DNA of 64,000 bases from an uncultured bacterium (GCA_965370045.1 CBDUSI010000001.1:18691-82690); one strand, 5' to 3'. Shown: positions 1-8,010, numbered from the stretch's first letter. Numbers and translations are program-made. Notes: generated by a model not told the origin, from the letters alone.

Positions 1-459
1 GGTCTTCTGGCGGTGGCGCAGTATCTGGTAGGCCTCCTCGCGCTCGCGGCCCACCAGCCAGGTGATGCGCCGGTCGGAGAAGACCTCGCGCAGGTCGCGC
101 AGCTCGGCGGCGGCGCGGAGCATCGCCGGGTCCTTCTCGAGCAGAACTATCTCCGCCTCGGAGTTGCAGCGCTCCAGCAGGACCTCCAGGTGGTAGCCCA
201 GCCCGAAGCCCAGCACCAGGAAGCCCTGCAGGCCCTGGGGGTCGACCTCGCCGATCAGCTTCTCGGCCTCGCCGCGCGGGGCGTACTTGCTGTGCAGGGT
301 GGTGGCGGTGCCGTCCTGGTGGGTAACCCGCAGGGTCCAGTCGTCGTCGCGGGTTTCAATCTGCTCGGCGCCGGGCAGCGGCCCGGCGGCGGCGACGGCC
401 TCGGCCAGGGCGGGGACGACGCCCCGCAGGGTGGCCAAGTTCTGCTCCAGGCGGCTCAT
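1..459 (-). CDS. hypothetical protein, 3' part only; the gene runs off the window start
   Basis: Minus-strand reading frame starts at ATG 459 (MSRLEQNLATLRGVVPALAEAVAAAGPLPG...) and is open to position 1. It is absent from the ORF track only because the window edge truncates it. It sits 8 nt downstream of the 468..1055 minus-strand gene, so the two are probably an operon. Confidence 0.4.
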   Translation of the reverse strand, partial: MSRLEQNLATLRGVVPALAEAVAAAGPLPGAEQIETRDDDWTLRVTHQDGTATTLHSKYAPRGEAEKLIGEVDPQGLQGFLVLGFGLGYHLEVLLERCNSEAEIVLLEKDPAMLRAAAELRDLREVFSDRRITWLVGREREEAYQILRHRQKT

Positions 460-467
460 GTGATCGT

Positions 468-1055
468 TCAGGTCCCGGCCATGCCCTTGACCATGGCGGC
501 CAGCTTCTCGAGTTGCCCGGCCAGCTCGTACTCGGCGAGGTCCGCGGCGGCCACCGCGTCCTCGCTCTTGAGCGCGGGGGGCAGCTCGCGCATCGCGTTG
601 ATCACGCCCTCGACGCCGGCCTCGAAACCCTCCGGCGCTGGGGCGGCGGCCAGGGCCGCGGCGGTGATCAGCGCCTGGATCAGCTGCCCGTAGGCGCCGA
701 CCACGCCTTCAAAACGTTCGATGCCTTCCTTGCGCTCGCCGCCGCGCAGCAGGTCGGCTATCTTGCGGACCTCGTCGGCCAGCTGGCCCAGCGCGCTGGC
801 CGCCTCGCCCAGCCCGTGCCGGCCCCACTCGGCGGCCGGGGCGGTGATGACCTCCACCTTGCCAAGCTCGGCGTGCGCCCGCGCGGCAGCCTCGACCTCG
901 GCGTCGGGCATCAGCTCCTCGCCGTCGAGCTTCACGGTGGTGATGACCAGTTGCCCGCCGGCCAGCTCGTCGCGCAGCGCGGCCAGCAAATCCCCCAGGC
1001 TCGGCCCGGTCCCCTCGGGAACCTGCCGCACCTGCCCGTCGACGTAGAGTTCCAA
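468..1055 (-). CDS. hypothetical protein (195 aa, Ala/Glu-rich)
   Basis: Complete ORF with codon usage typical of this high-GC genome. The overlapping plus-strand ORFs (13..693, 513..1238) are repetitive low-complexity antisense artefacts. No recognisable domain. Confidence 0.45.
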   Translation of the reverse strand: MELYVDGQVRQVPEGTGPSLGDLLAALRDELAGGQLVITTVKLDGEELMPDAEVEAAARAHAELGKVEVITAPAAEWGRHGLGEAASALGQLADEVRKIADLLRGGERKEGIERFEGVVGAYGQLIQALITAAALAAAPAPEGFEAGVEGVINAMRELPPALKSEDAVAAADLAEYELAGQLEKLAAMVKGMAGT

Positions 1056-1327
1056 GCGTCACCTCCTCGCAGTCCCGGCATTCTTCACAATATGCGCGCG
1101 GCGTCAAGAGGTCGGCCACGCCGCCGGAGAAGCCCGGTTTGGTCGGTTACGCCTGGCTGGCGCTGCCCTCGGCGGCGCGGACCCTCAAGCTGGCCGGCCC
1201 GGTTGCCTGCTGGCAGCCGGGTAAAATCAGAAGAATAGTCCCGGAACGCCGAGTCGCGGCGCGTAAGTCGCCCTTATGCGCGCGTTACGGCAATGTGCAC
1301 TATTCTGGCGATTTGCGCATATTCTGC

Positions 1328-1356
1328 TTGACATTCGTGGTAGTTCGGTGTATAAT
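1328..1356 (+). promoter_or_regulatory. perfect sigma70 consensus promoter: TTGACA (1328-1333), 17-nt spacer, TATAAT (1351-1356)
   Basis: Read directly as cTTGACAttcgtggtagttcggtgTATAATac. Nearly the same element recurs at 36467-36495, sharing cttgacattcg and tataataca, upstream of a paralogous gene. Confidence 0.7.
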
Positions 1357-1373
1357 ACATGCAGGTGACGATG

Positions 1374-2111
1374 ATGAGCGATATGACGCGCGAGCAGTAC
1401 GAGACCCTGGCGTTGGACCGCCTGGCCGAGCTGGCCCGCAGCGAGAACGAGCGAATCGCGCTGGAAGCCGCGCGGACGCTCCTCGTTCACCTGCGGCTTT
1501 CTTTACCACCAAGACACCAAGACACAAAGGACAACGGAGAGGCTGGTCGCGGCGAGGCGGTCAATCACGCTCTCGCTTCTCTGCCCGCGCTCCCGGGGTA
1601 CGGGTCCGTCGCGGCGGGGGCCGTTTCGCAGGAAGGTGAGGGATGTTCGCGAGACAATAGTTCTTCTTCGTGCCTTGGTGACTTGGTGGTTGATAAGGAC
1701 GTTGAAAGAGCCCGGGAGCATGTCCTGCGGGCGATGGACAGGTGCGCGGGATTGCTTGAACACGAAAACCCCTTCGTCGTCCTGCGCGCCGCGCGGGAAA
1801 TCTTGCAGCATTACCGTCATCTGTGCCGCGAGCGGTTCAAGTGGACGGCGTGGTCCGAGGTGAGAGAACGCAGCGCGAAGAAGCGGCGGGGCGTGGCCGC
1901 GCTCGCCAAGGTCGCGGGCCTGGGCCGCGATCTCGCGGGGATTCGCGGGGCCATCGACCGGGAAGAGAACTCCGAGGGCGCGGAGGAATACCGGGTCTGT
2001 CCGCCTCCTCCGATTGACTGGGACGCCACTCAGGAAGGCCCTTCTGGGTCTGCGTCCCACGAAGAAGGGGAGGGCAGCCCGCCCGACCCCGACGAACGCG
2101 CGCCGCCCTGA
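1374..2111 (+). CDS. hypothetical protein, paralog A of the 36550..37191 gene (shared SENER-I/V-AL-x-AA-x-x-LL motif)
   Basis: ORF track 1359..2111. The ATG at 1359 lies inside the -10/TSS region, so MSD at 1374 or MMSD at 1371 is the more likely start (aggtga 1363-1368 just upstream). It shares the N-terminal MSD and the ENER(I/V)AL(E/R)AA..LL motif with the 36550 gene. Pro/Glu/Gly-rich acidic C-terminus. Confidence 0.55.
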   Translation: MSDMTREQYETLALDRLAELARSENERIALEAARTLLVHLRLSLPPRHQDTKDNGEAGRGEAVNHALASLPALPGYGSVAAGAVSQEGEGCSRDNSSSSCLGDLVVDKDVERAREHVLRAMDRCAGLLEHENPFVVLRAAREILQHYRHLCRERFKWTAWSEVRERSAKKRRGVAALAKVAGLGRDLAGIRGAIDREENSEGAEEYRVCPPPPIDWDATQEGPSGSASHEEGEGSPPDPDERAPP

Positions 2112-2178
2112 GTTGGGAGGCGGGGGGCGTGAAGGGTGAAGAGTGAATAGCGGGGAATGGAGCGCTCTCGACTGGCTC

Positions 2179-2202
2179 CTCCAGACTCCGGACTCCAGAC
2201 TG
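2179..2202. repeat. 24-nt element of three tandem heptamers: ctccaga ctccgga ctccaga ctg
   Basis: Direct heptamer repeats read in the sequence. A 22/24-identical copy (ctccagactccagcctccagactg) lies at 37424-37447. Both copies are downstream of the paralogous MSD..ENER genes. This copy is 41 bp upstream of the -35 of the 2243 promoter. Confidence 0.6.
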
Positions 2203-2242
2203 AACAACTGGCCACTGACCACCGGCAACCGAACAGGATGTC

Positions 2243-2271
2243 TTGACATGTTGCCGTATGACCGGTAGATT
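2243..2271 (+). promoter_or_regulatory. sigma70-like promoter: TTGACA (2243-2248), 17-nt spacer, TAGATT (2266-2271)
   Basis: tcTTGACAtgttgccgtatgaccggTAGATT, followed by the RBS gaggagg and the ATG at 2299. Confidence 0.5.
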
Positions 2272-2298
2272 AGTGTAGGCGAGAGGAGGCGTGGACCG

Positions 2299-2712
2299 AT
2301 GGATGTTAAGGGAGCATATCGCGCTTTTGGACCACTCACGATTGCCATTCGCAGGCGCAAGGGCCGCTATGAAGCTCTGATCAAGGAGTTTGCCATCTGG
2401 GCGGAGGCCCACAGTCAAGTCCGGGTATGGACCGAACTGGAAAAGCTGGTGGCGGGCTACATACAGTCTCAGGCTGTTGCGCTGAGCCGCCACGATTACC
2501 GCAAGGTGCGTTTCGGCAATCCCGTTCCTCGCGAAGAGTGGGAGAAGTGGCGTCGGGGAGAAATCTACAAGACGGCCATCGAGGTCCATGTCACCCAGGC
2601 CAAGATGCCGTACAAGAAGGTCCGGCCCCTGCCCGACATCCGGGAGTTCATCAGCATTGACGAGCCCTTCGTCAGACAGCGGGATGTGCAACTGAGCCCC
2701 ATTGGGGCCTGA
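2299..2712 (+). CDS. hypothetical protein; possible HicB-like partner (antitoxin candidate) of the downstream HicA
   Basis: Complete 137-aa ORF with a strong RBS (gaggagg). Its stop is 5 nt before the hicA-like gene, so the two are probably co-transcribed. No clear DNA-binding domain can be recognised. The HicB assignment is inferred from position only. Confidence 0.45.
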   Translation: MDVKGAYRAFGPLTIAIRRRKGRYEALIKEFAIWAEAHSQVRVWTELEKLVAGYIQSQAVALSRHDYRKVRFGNPVPREEWEKWRRGEIYKTAIEVHVTQAKMPYKKVRPLPDIREFISIDEPFVRQRDVQLSPIGA

Positions 2713-2717
2713 CCCCC

Positions 2718-2954
2718 GTGCCTTCGCCCATACGGAAAGGCGCCTTCAAGCGCAAGCTGCGCCGCCTGGGCTGCACCCTGACCAAAGAACGGGGGAAGGG
2801 AAGTCATTTCTGCGCCGAGCGTGTTCTTGAGGACGGCACGGTGCGGACCTACTACTTCCCTACGGTTCACGGCCGCCATGTCAAGGCGGAGTACGTAAAA
2901 TACGGCGTGATTGCGGCCCTGGGGTTCACCCGAAAAGACTGGAACAACGCTTGA
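2718..2954 (+). CDS. hicA: HicA-family (YcfA-like) mRNA interferase toxin
   Basis: 78 aa. KRKLRRLGCTLTKERGKGSHFCAE matches the HicA/YcfA dsRBD-like core with the conserved G-S-H. Size and basic composition are typical of the family. Confidence 0.7.
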   Translation: MPSPIRKGAFKRKLRRLGCTLTKERGKGSHFCAERVLEDGTVRTYYFPTVHGRHVKAEYVKYGVIAALGFTRKDWNNA

Positions 2955-2983
2955 TTGACTTGCACCCTTCCAGGCGCCATACT
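2955..2983 (+). promoter_or_regulatory. candidate promoter TTGACT-N17-CATACT upstream of the lipoprotein gene
   Basis: ttgaTTGACTtgcacccttccaggcgcCATACT, about 130 nt upstream of the ATG at 3112. A 10-bp tandem repeat ccggattccg x2 (3038-3057) lies in the leader. Confidence 0.3.
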
Positions 2984-3111
2984 GGATGGGCAGAAATGGG
3001 AGCACCGTGAGGGCTGCGGGAAATGGGTGAACTGTCCCCGGATTCCGCCGGATTCCGAATTGTGGGAACCTTCCGGAGTGCTGAGCGTCTAAAGACAGGG
3101 GAGGGACTACT

Positions 3112-4536
3112 ATGACAATGAAGACCCTCGTCGTGGCCGCCAGTGCGGCACTGGCCGTTCTCTTGGCGGCTGGCTGCCAGCCTCATCCACCCGAGCCCGT
3201 CACAGCAGTACTGGCTCCGCTACCAGATCCCGGCCAGCCCTGGCCGAAAGGAGATACAACCGTTCTGGCGCGCTGCGTGAAGACGGACTTCTACGCGACC
3301 ACGACTCGCGGACAGTGGCGCTCGGAGTGGTTCTTCTACAGGCTTCACGTCATACGAACGGAGAGAGGACGCTGGCCACACTCCGAGGTGAAGCTTGTGT
3401 GGCGGAAGCGGCTTCCCCTCCCCGGCTCGAAGTGGCGCTACAAGATGGCAGCTGATCCTTTTCACCTCAGCGGTGTCTTTGCCATCGACCTGGATACCAG
3501 CAAGAGCCCGGCACAAATTGTGGGCCATGAGCGACGCAGTTGCCTCCCGCCGCACGCCAAGCTGACGCTGTCTGCGCTGCAGAAGCCGAGCAAGGTAATG
3601 CTGGACCGCATGACTGCTAAGGTCCATGAACGGGCGAGACGAGTGGGAACACGCACCGATCTGCGGATAAGGTTCGTGGAGGCAACACGCGACAGCTATG
3701 TTGTCTATCACGATTACGAAACCTTGGTGTTGGACAAGAAGTCGCTGAAGGTCAGTCCTTTCGGGGTCAAGAAATGCGCTGGTGCCTTCTGGCAGGAGGG
3801 GCCCTGGTACTGGAAGCGCACATATCCCCGCGCCAAGCTGGGCCTGAGCGGCAAGGTCGCGGACGTCCGCTGCGGACCGTGGATAGCCATCAGTTGCGGA
3901 GCGGCTACCGGCATCCTGGAAGGCGATGTCTTCGAAATACGGCACGGTGGCAAGAAGCTGGGGCGTGCTAAGGTCTCTACGGTCTGGAACAAGTTCGCGG
4001 GACTCAAGCCGTTGGACTCGATGCGCTGGAAAGCTGGTGACGATGCCGTGCTGGTTCAACTGGCGCCGAAGAAGCCGATCAACAAGACACCCTACGCAGA
4101 ACACTTGACAGGCACTTGGCGTGATGGGCAAGCTTCCTTTGACTTTAAGATTCTCAAGGGAAGGCGGCGAGGGTTCTTCAAGGCAACGATCACGATCCGC
4201 AATCTCACAGACAAGCCCCTGTTGTTCCCGACGCCGATGTTGATGCCGGCCGCCGGCGATACCAACAAGAACAACATACGGGTCTACGATGCGAAAGGCA
4301 ACAAGTTAGGATTCGGCGCCTCACATCCGCATAGTGATGGCTTAAGGCCGGTGGTCGAGATTCCGGCGCAGACCTCCAGGTCATGGAGCTTCCAGTTGAA
4401 GAAGTACTGGCCGCAGATGTCCTCGCCAGGTGTCTACGCCGTCGAGTTCTGGTACTTCTCCAATGAGAACCATCTCTTGGCTACGTGGAAGGGGCGAGTG
4501 AAGATGTACCACTTACTGATCAAGAGTGGGAACTAG
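3112..4536 (+). CDS. hypothetical lipoprotein (474 aa), noticeably lower GC than its surroundings
   Basis: Lipobox LLAAGC after an N-terminal signal peptide. RBS ggggaggg 6 nt upstream. No recognisable domain. GC is roughly 55-58% against about 70% elsewhere. Confidence 0.6.
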   Translation: MTMKTLVVAASAALAVLLAAGCQPHPPEPVTAVLAPLPDPGQPWPKGDTTVLARCVKTDFYATTTRGQWRSEWFFYRLHVIRTERGRWPHSEVKLVWRKRLPLPGSKWRYKMAADPFHLSGVFAIDLDTSKSPAQIVGHERRSCLPPHAKLTLSALQKPSKVMLDRMTAKVHERARRVGTRTDLRIRFVEATRDSYVVYHDYETLVLDKKSLKVSPFGVKKCAGAFWQEGPWYWKRTYPRAKLGLSGKVADVRCGPWIAISCGAATGILEGDVFEIRHGGKKLGRAKVSTVWNKFAGLKPLDSMRWKAGDDAVLVQLAPKKPINKTPYAEHLTGTWRDGQASFDFKILKGRRRGFFKATITIRNLTDKPLLFPTPMLMPAAGDTNKNNIRVYDAKGNKLGFGASHPHSDGLRPVVEIPAQTSRSWSFQLKKYWPQMSSPGVYAVEFWYFSNENHLLATWKGRVKMYHLLIKSGN

Positions 4537-4719
4537 CGGATCGCCGATGACCGCCCCCGCCCCTTCGTGGAGACTGAAGCAATCCGGGGCCGCTGACCGA
4601 TAAGACACCCGACAGACGGGGCGGGCGGTAGGTTCCTCCCGACGGCAACTAGCAACCGGCTACCGGCTACCGGCTCAGAGCCCCTTGCGGTCCCGGCTGC
4701 GGCGGTCCTTGACCAGGCG

Positions 4720-5682
4720 TCACTCCGCCTTGTCGTTCGAAAGTGTTTCGCGCGCTTCCTCGACGTCACGCGCGATCTGCTCGACCAAGACCCGGTCGGA
4801 GCTGAAGCGCCGCTCGTCGCGCAGCTTCTTCACGAACTCCACCTCCACGGTCTGGCCGTAGAGGTCGCCGCCGCCTTCCAGCAGGTGGGTCTCGACCAGG
4901 AGATCCGGTCGCAGGCCGTCGGGGAGAGCCGGCGTGCCGGTCGGCCGGAAGCCCACGTTAGTAACTGACTTCAGCGCCGCGCCGCCTTGCACGCGCGCCC
5001 AGGAGGCGTAGACCCCCATGGGCGGGCGCACCTCGCGGAGCAGGTCCAGGTTGACGGTGGGGAAGCCCAGCTCGCGCCCGCGGCCCCGGCCGGGCACCAC
5101 CGCGCCAAGCACGCTCACCCGCCGGCCCAGCAGGCACTCGGCCAGTTCCAGATTGCCATCCTGGATGGCCCGGCGGACTCCTGAGCTGGAAACCACCTTG
5201 CCGCATTCCTCCACCGGTCCCACGTGGCGGACCTCGAAGCCCAGCCTCTTCCCGATGTCGCGCAGCTCCTCGAAACCCGCCGCCCCGCCGCGGCCCAGCC
5301 GCGCGTCGTGGCCCAGCACCAGGCCCCGGGCTTTGAAGCCCGTTGACAGGTATCGCTCGGCGAAGTCCCCGGCGCTCAACGCGGCCAGCTCGGCGCTGAA
5401 CTCCAGCTCGAGGACCAGTTCGATGCCCAGCCGGCCCATCAGCGCCGTGCGGTGCTCGGGGCTGGTCACGAGGTCGGCCTTCTCGGCCCGGCCCAACACG
5501 CTTCTCGGCGGGCGGGTGAAGGCCACCGCCGCGGGCCGAGCGCCCAACTCCCGCGCCCAGTTGACCACTTCGCCGAGCACCGCCGCGTGGCCCACGTGCA
5601 CCCCGTCGAAGGTGCCCACCGTCACCACCGTCCCGGCGTGGCGGTCGGCGGCCAGCTCCTCCAGCGAGTGGCAGACGTTCAC
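4720..5682 (-). CDS. ribF: bifunctional riboflavin kinase / FMN adenylyltransferase
   Basis: N-terminal GTFDGVHVGH nucleotidyltransferase motif plus a C-terminal riboflavin-kinase domain. GTG start 6 nt after the stop of the upstream pfkB-like gene. Confidence 0.9.
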   Translation of the reverse strand: MNVCHSLEELAADRHAGTVVTVGTFDGVHVGHAAVLGEVVNWARELGARPAAVAFTRPPRSVLGRAEKADLVTSPEHRTALMGRLGIELVLELEFSAELAALSAGDFAERYLSTGFKARGLVLGHDARLGRGGAAGFEELRDIGKRLGFEVRHVGPVEECGKVVSSSGVRRAIQDGNLELAECLLGRRVSVLGAVVPGRGRGRELGFPTVNLDLLREVRPPMGVYASWARVQGGAALKSVTNVGFRPTGTPALPDGLRPDLLVETHLLEGGGDLYGQTVEVEFVKKLRDERRFSSDRVLVEQIARDVEEARETLSNDKAE

Positions 5683-5688
5683 GGCGGA

Positions 5689-6912
5689 TCAGCCTTCCTT
5701 GCGGGCTTCCAGCGGCGCGCTGCGCAGCATCCCGCGCCAGTCGCCGCGGCGGGCCAGGAAGGACTTCAGATTCTCGCGGTCGAGGATGCCATACTTCGCG
5801 CCCATGATGGTGACCACGCTGGCCGCGTTGGCCGAGGCCCAGGCCAGCGCGCGGCCCACGTCGTCGGGGTCGTCGATCAGCGCGGCCACGAAGGTCGCGC
5901 CGAAAGCGTCGCCCGCGCCCAGCGAGCAGACTACCGGCACCTCGAAGACCGGCATGATGTATCGGGTCTCTCCGTCGAAGCACTGCACCCCGCGCCCCCC
6001 GTCGGTGATGACCACGGCTCCCGGGCAGTACTCGCGGATGCGCGCGAAGAGTTCGTCGAGGTTGCGGGCCCAGGGCTCCATGAGCACCGCGCGGGTGGGG
6101 CAGGCCTCCACGCAGGCGTTGCAGCGCACGCAGCGCTCCTCGCCGACCACGCGGATGCGGTCGCCGTCGCGCAGGAATATCCCCTGCGAGCAGGCCTCCA
6201 CGCACTGGCCGCACAGCGAGCAGCGTTCTTCGTCCACGTAACGGCGCAGGTCCGTGGCCCCCACCAGCTTCTCGGCCTCCTCGCGGTTGAGGATCAGAAT
6301 ATCGGTCGCGCCCAGGACGTCCTTGAAGCCATCCAGCCCCTGGCGGAACTGCGTCGAGCCGGGATTGACCGCCAGCTTGACGCCCTTCTCCTTGGCGAAT
6401 TCGGCGATGCGGGAGTAGAGCTCGGCGGCCTTGCCGTGCAGGGAGCACAGGTATATCCAGCTGGAAGCGGCCAGCCGGTCCCAGTCGATCATCTCCTCGG
6501 TCAGAAGGGAACTCGCGCCCCGGTAGGTCAGCACGGTGCGCTCGCCGTCGAAGGAGCTGATGATCACCGAGTAGCCGCTGCGCTCCGACCCGTGGCGGGC
6601 CAGCAGCGAGGCGTCGGCGCCGTGCCCGACGAGCTCCCTCTCGATGTCCGCGGCGGTGGCGTCGGCGCCCAGGCAGGCCACGGCGGCGACCTTGAGCCCC
6701 AGCGTGGCCATGGCCGCCGCGGCGTTGGTGGCCCCCCCGCCGGTGGTGAAGAAGATGTTGCTGACGTTCTGCTTGCCGCCGTGGTCCAGGCAGAGGTAGG
6801 CGGTTTCGCCGCGCATCTCCTTGATGTTCATGATTTTGGCCAGGTCCGAGCGCACGAATACGTCCCGGGTGGCGCTGCCCACGGTGATAACGTCGCATGC
6901 GGCCTGGGTCAT
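5689..6912 (-). CDS. PfkB-family (ribokinase-like) carbohydrate kinase with an inserted 2x[4Fe-4S] ferredoxin domain
   Basis: N-terminal GG dipeptide region (TTGGGATNAA), C-terminal PfkB motif SLGAGDAFGATFVAAL, and an internal CSLCGQCVEACSQG ... CVRCNACVEACP segment with two CxxCxxCxxxC(P) cluster motifs (about nt 6090-6230). Confidence 0.85.
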   Translation of the reverse strand: MTQAACDVITVGSATRDVFVRSDLAKIMNIKEMRGETAYLCLDHGGKQNVSNIFFTTGGGATNAAAAMATLGLKVAAVACLGADATAADIERELVGHGADASLLARHGSERSGYSVIISSFDGERTVLTYRGASSLLTEEMIDWDRLAASSWIYLCSLHGKAAELYSRIAEFAKEKGVKLAVNPGSTQFRQGLDGFKDVLGATDILILNREEAEKLVGATDLRRYVDEERCSLCGQCVEACSQGIFLRDGDRIRVVGEERCVRCNACVEACPTRAVLMEPWARNLDELFARIREYCPGAVVITDGGRGVQCFDGETRYIMPVFEVPVVCSLGAGDAFGATFVAALIDDPDDVGRALAWASANAASVVTIMGAKYGILDRENLKSFLARRGDWRGMLRSAPLEARKEG

Positions 6913-7079
6913 CGTCTAATTCCCCGATCTGCTCCCGGAAAGGCACCTTACGGGGCCATGATAGCACCGGGCCGCTGGGAGGTCAAATAGGCTAAGATTC
7001 AGGTGGTTCTTGGGCGATATATTATATAGTGTAGGGTGTTCTAGCCGCGCGTCATCGCGCCGCGCGGCGGGAGGCATGC

Positions 7080-7652
7080 GTGGCACATATCCCTCGAGTC
7101 ATGGTCGTCGAGGACGATCCCCGTATCCGGCGCATCGTCACCAAGGTGCTGACCAGCTGCGGGATGATGGTGCGCGCCGCCTCCGACGGCGTCGACGCGC
7201 TCAACGCCTTCACCCAGAGCCGAAACGAGCCCGAGCTGGTCTGCGCGGACATCAAGATGCCCAACATGGACGGCAAGGAGTTCGCCAAGCGCCTGCGCCA
7301 GCAGGGCGTCAACGCGCCCATCATCTTCATATCGGGGACCATTCAGAAGGCCCAGGAGGGCTACCGGGCCAAGAGCCACATATACCTGATGGCCAAGCCC
7401 TTCAGCCCGACCAAGCTCGCGGAAATCGCCAAAGAGATGATGGCCAAGCCCCGCCCGCAGATGGGCCCGCGGCTGGCCCTCCCGCCGGCCCAGCAGCCCC
7501 AGGACCTGCCCCCGGCGCCCACGCTCCCGCCCAAGGGCTTCGACTCCGGGGAGTTCCCGTCCCAGAAGCCCCCCCCTCCGAAGCCGAAGCCCCCCTCACC
7601 GTTCGAAAAGTTCCTCTCCCCGAAGCAGAAGCCCCCGTCTCCGAAGCAGTAA
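7080..7652 (+). CDS. response regulator, CheY-like receiver domain with a proline-rich C-terminal tail
   Basis: VMVVEDDPRIRRI...ADIKMPNMDGKEF...IIFISG has the receiver-domain Asp pocket and phospho-acceptor Asp. The C-terminus is PPKPKPPSP low-complexity with no output domain. Confidence 0.8.
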   Translation: MAHIPRVMVVEDDPRIRRIVTKVLTSCGMMVRAASDGVDALNAFTQSRNEPELVCADIKMPNMDGKEFAKRLRQQGVNAPIIFISGTIQKAQEGYRAKSHIYLMAKPFSPTKLAEIAKEMMAKPRPQMGPRLALPPAQQPQDLPPAPTLPPKGFDSGEFPSQKPPPPKPKPPSPFEKFLSPKQKPPSPKQ

Positions 7653-7686
7653 TTCTTATTGCTTTATTATGGAAGGCGTTCGGCGG

Positions 7687-8010
7687 TCACTCGCCGGGAT
7701 TCTCGACTACCTCGTAATCCATCATCCCGTCGACCTTCATGCGCTCCAGGAACCTGACCAGCGCCGGGCTTACCAGTATCCGGAGCGACCGGCCGGTTTC
7801 CGCGGCGCGCGCGCAGGCCGCCACCAGCGCGCCGATCTGCGGGCTGGCCACGTACCCCAGGCCGCCGAGGTCGATTACCAGGCGGGGCTCGTCCGAGTCG
7901 AACAGTTGGCGGCAGGCCATCTCCAGCTCGCGGCCGTGAAAGGGCAGCTCCTTGGTGGCGGTGAGCCGGCCGCCCGTGATCTTCAGGTGGGGAAAGCTTT
8001 CAGCGGTCAT
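7687..8010 (-). CDS. STAS-domain protein (anti-sigma-factor antagonist, SpoIIAA-like)
   Basis: 107 aa. The LVIDLGGLGYVASPQIGALV pattern is typical of STAS/anti-anti-sigma proteins. Convergent with the response regulator. Confidence 0.7.
   Translation of the reverse strand: MTAESFPHLKITGGRLTATKELPFHGRELEMACRQLFDSDEPRLVIDLGGLGYVASPQIGALVAACARAAETGRSLRILVSPALVRFLERMKVDGMMDYEVVENPGE

Noticed and set aside
13-693. 226-aa plus-strand ORF at the window start
   Set aside because: Ala/Gly/Gln low-complexity translation. It is antisense to two minus-strand ORFs that form a tidy operon with an 8-nt spacing.
3038-3057. 10-bp tandem direct repeat ccggattccg x2 in the lipoprotein leader
   Set aside because: Only two copies and no partner elsewhere. 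Noted under the lipoprotein finding but not given independent status.
4537-4719. Intergenic region between lipoprotein and ribF with an (accggct)3 tandem repeat and long-range GC-rich complementarity
   Set aside because: No compact stem-loop with a U-tract, so not a convincing intrinsic terminator. The trinucleotide-heptamer repeat is too short to interpret.
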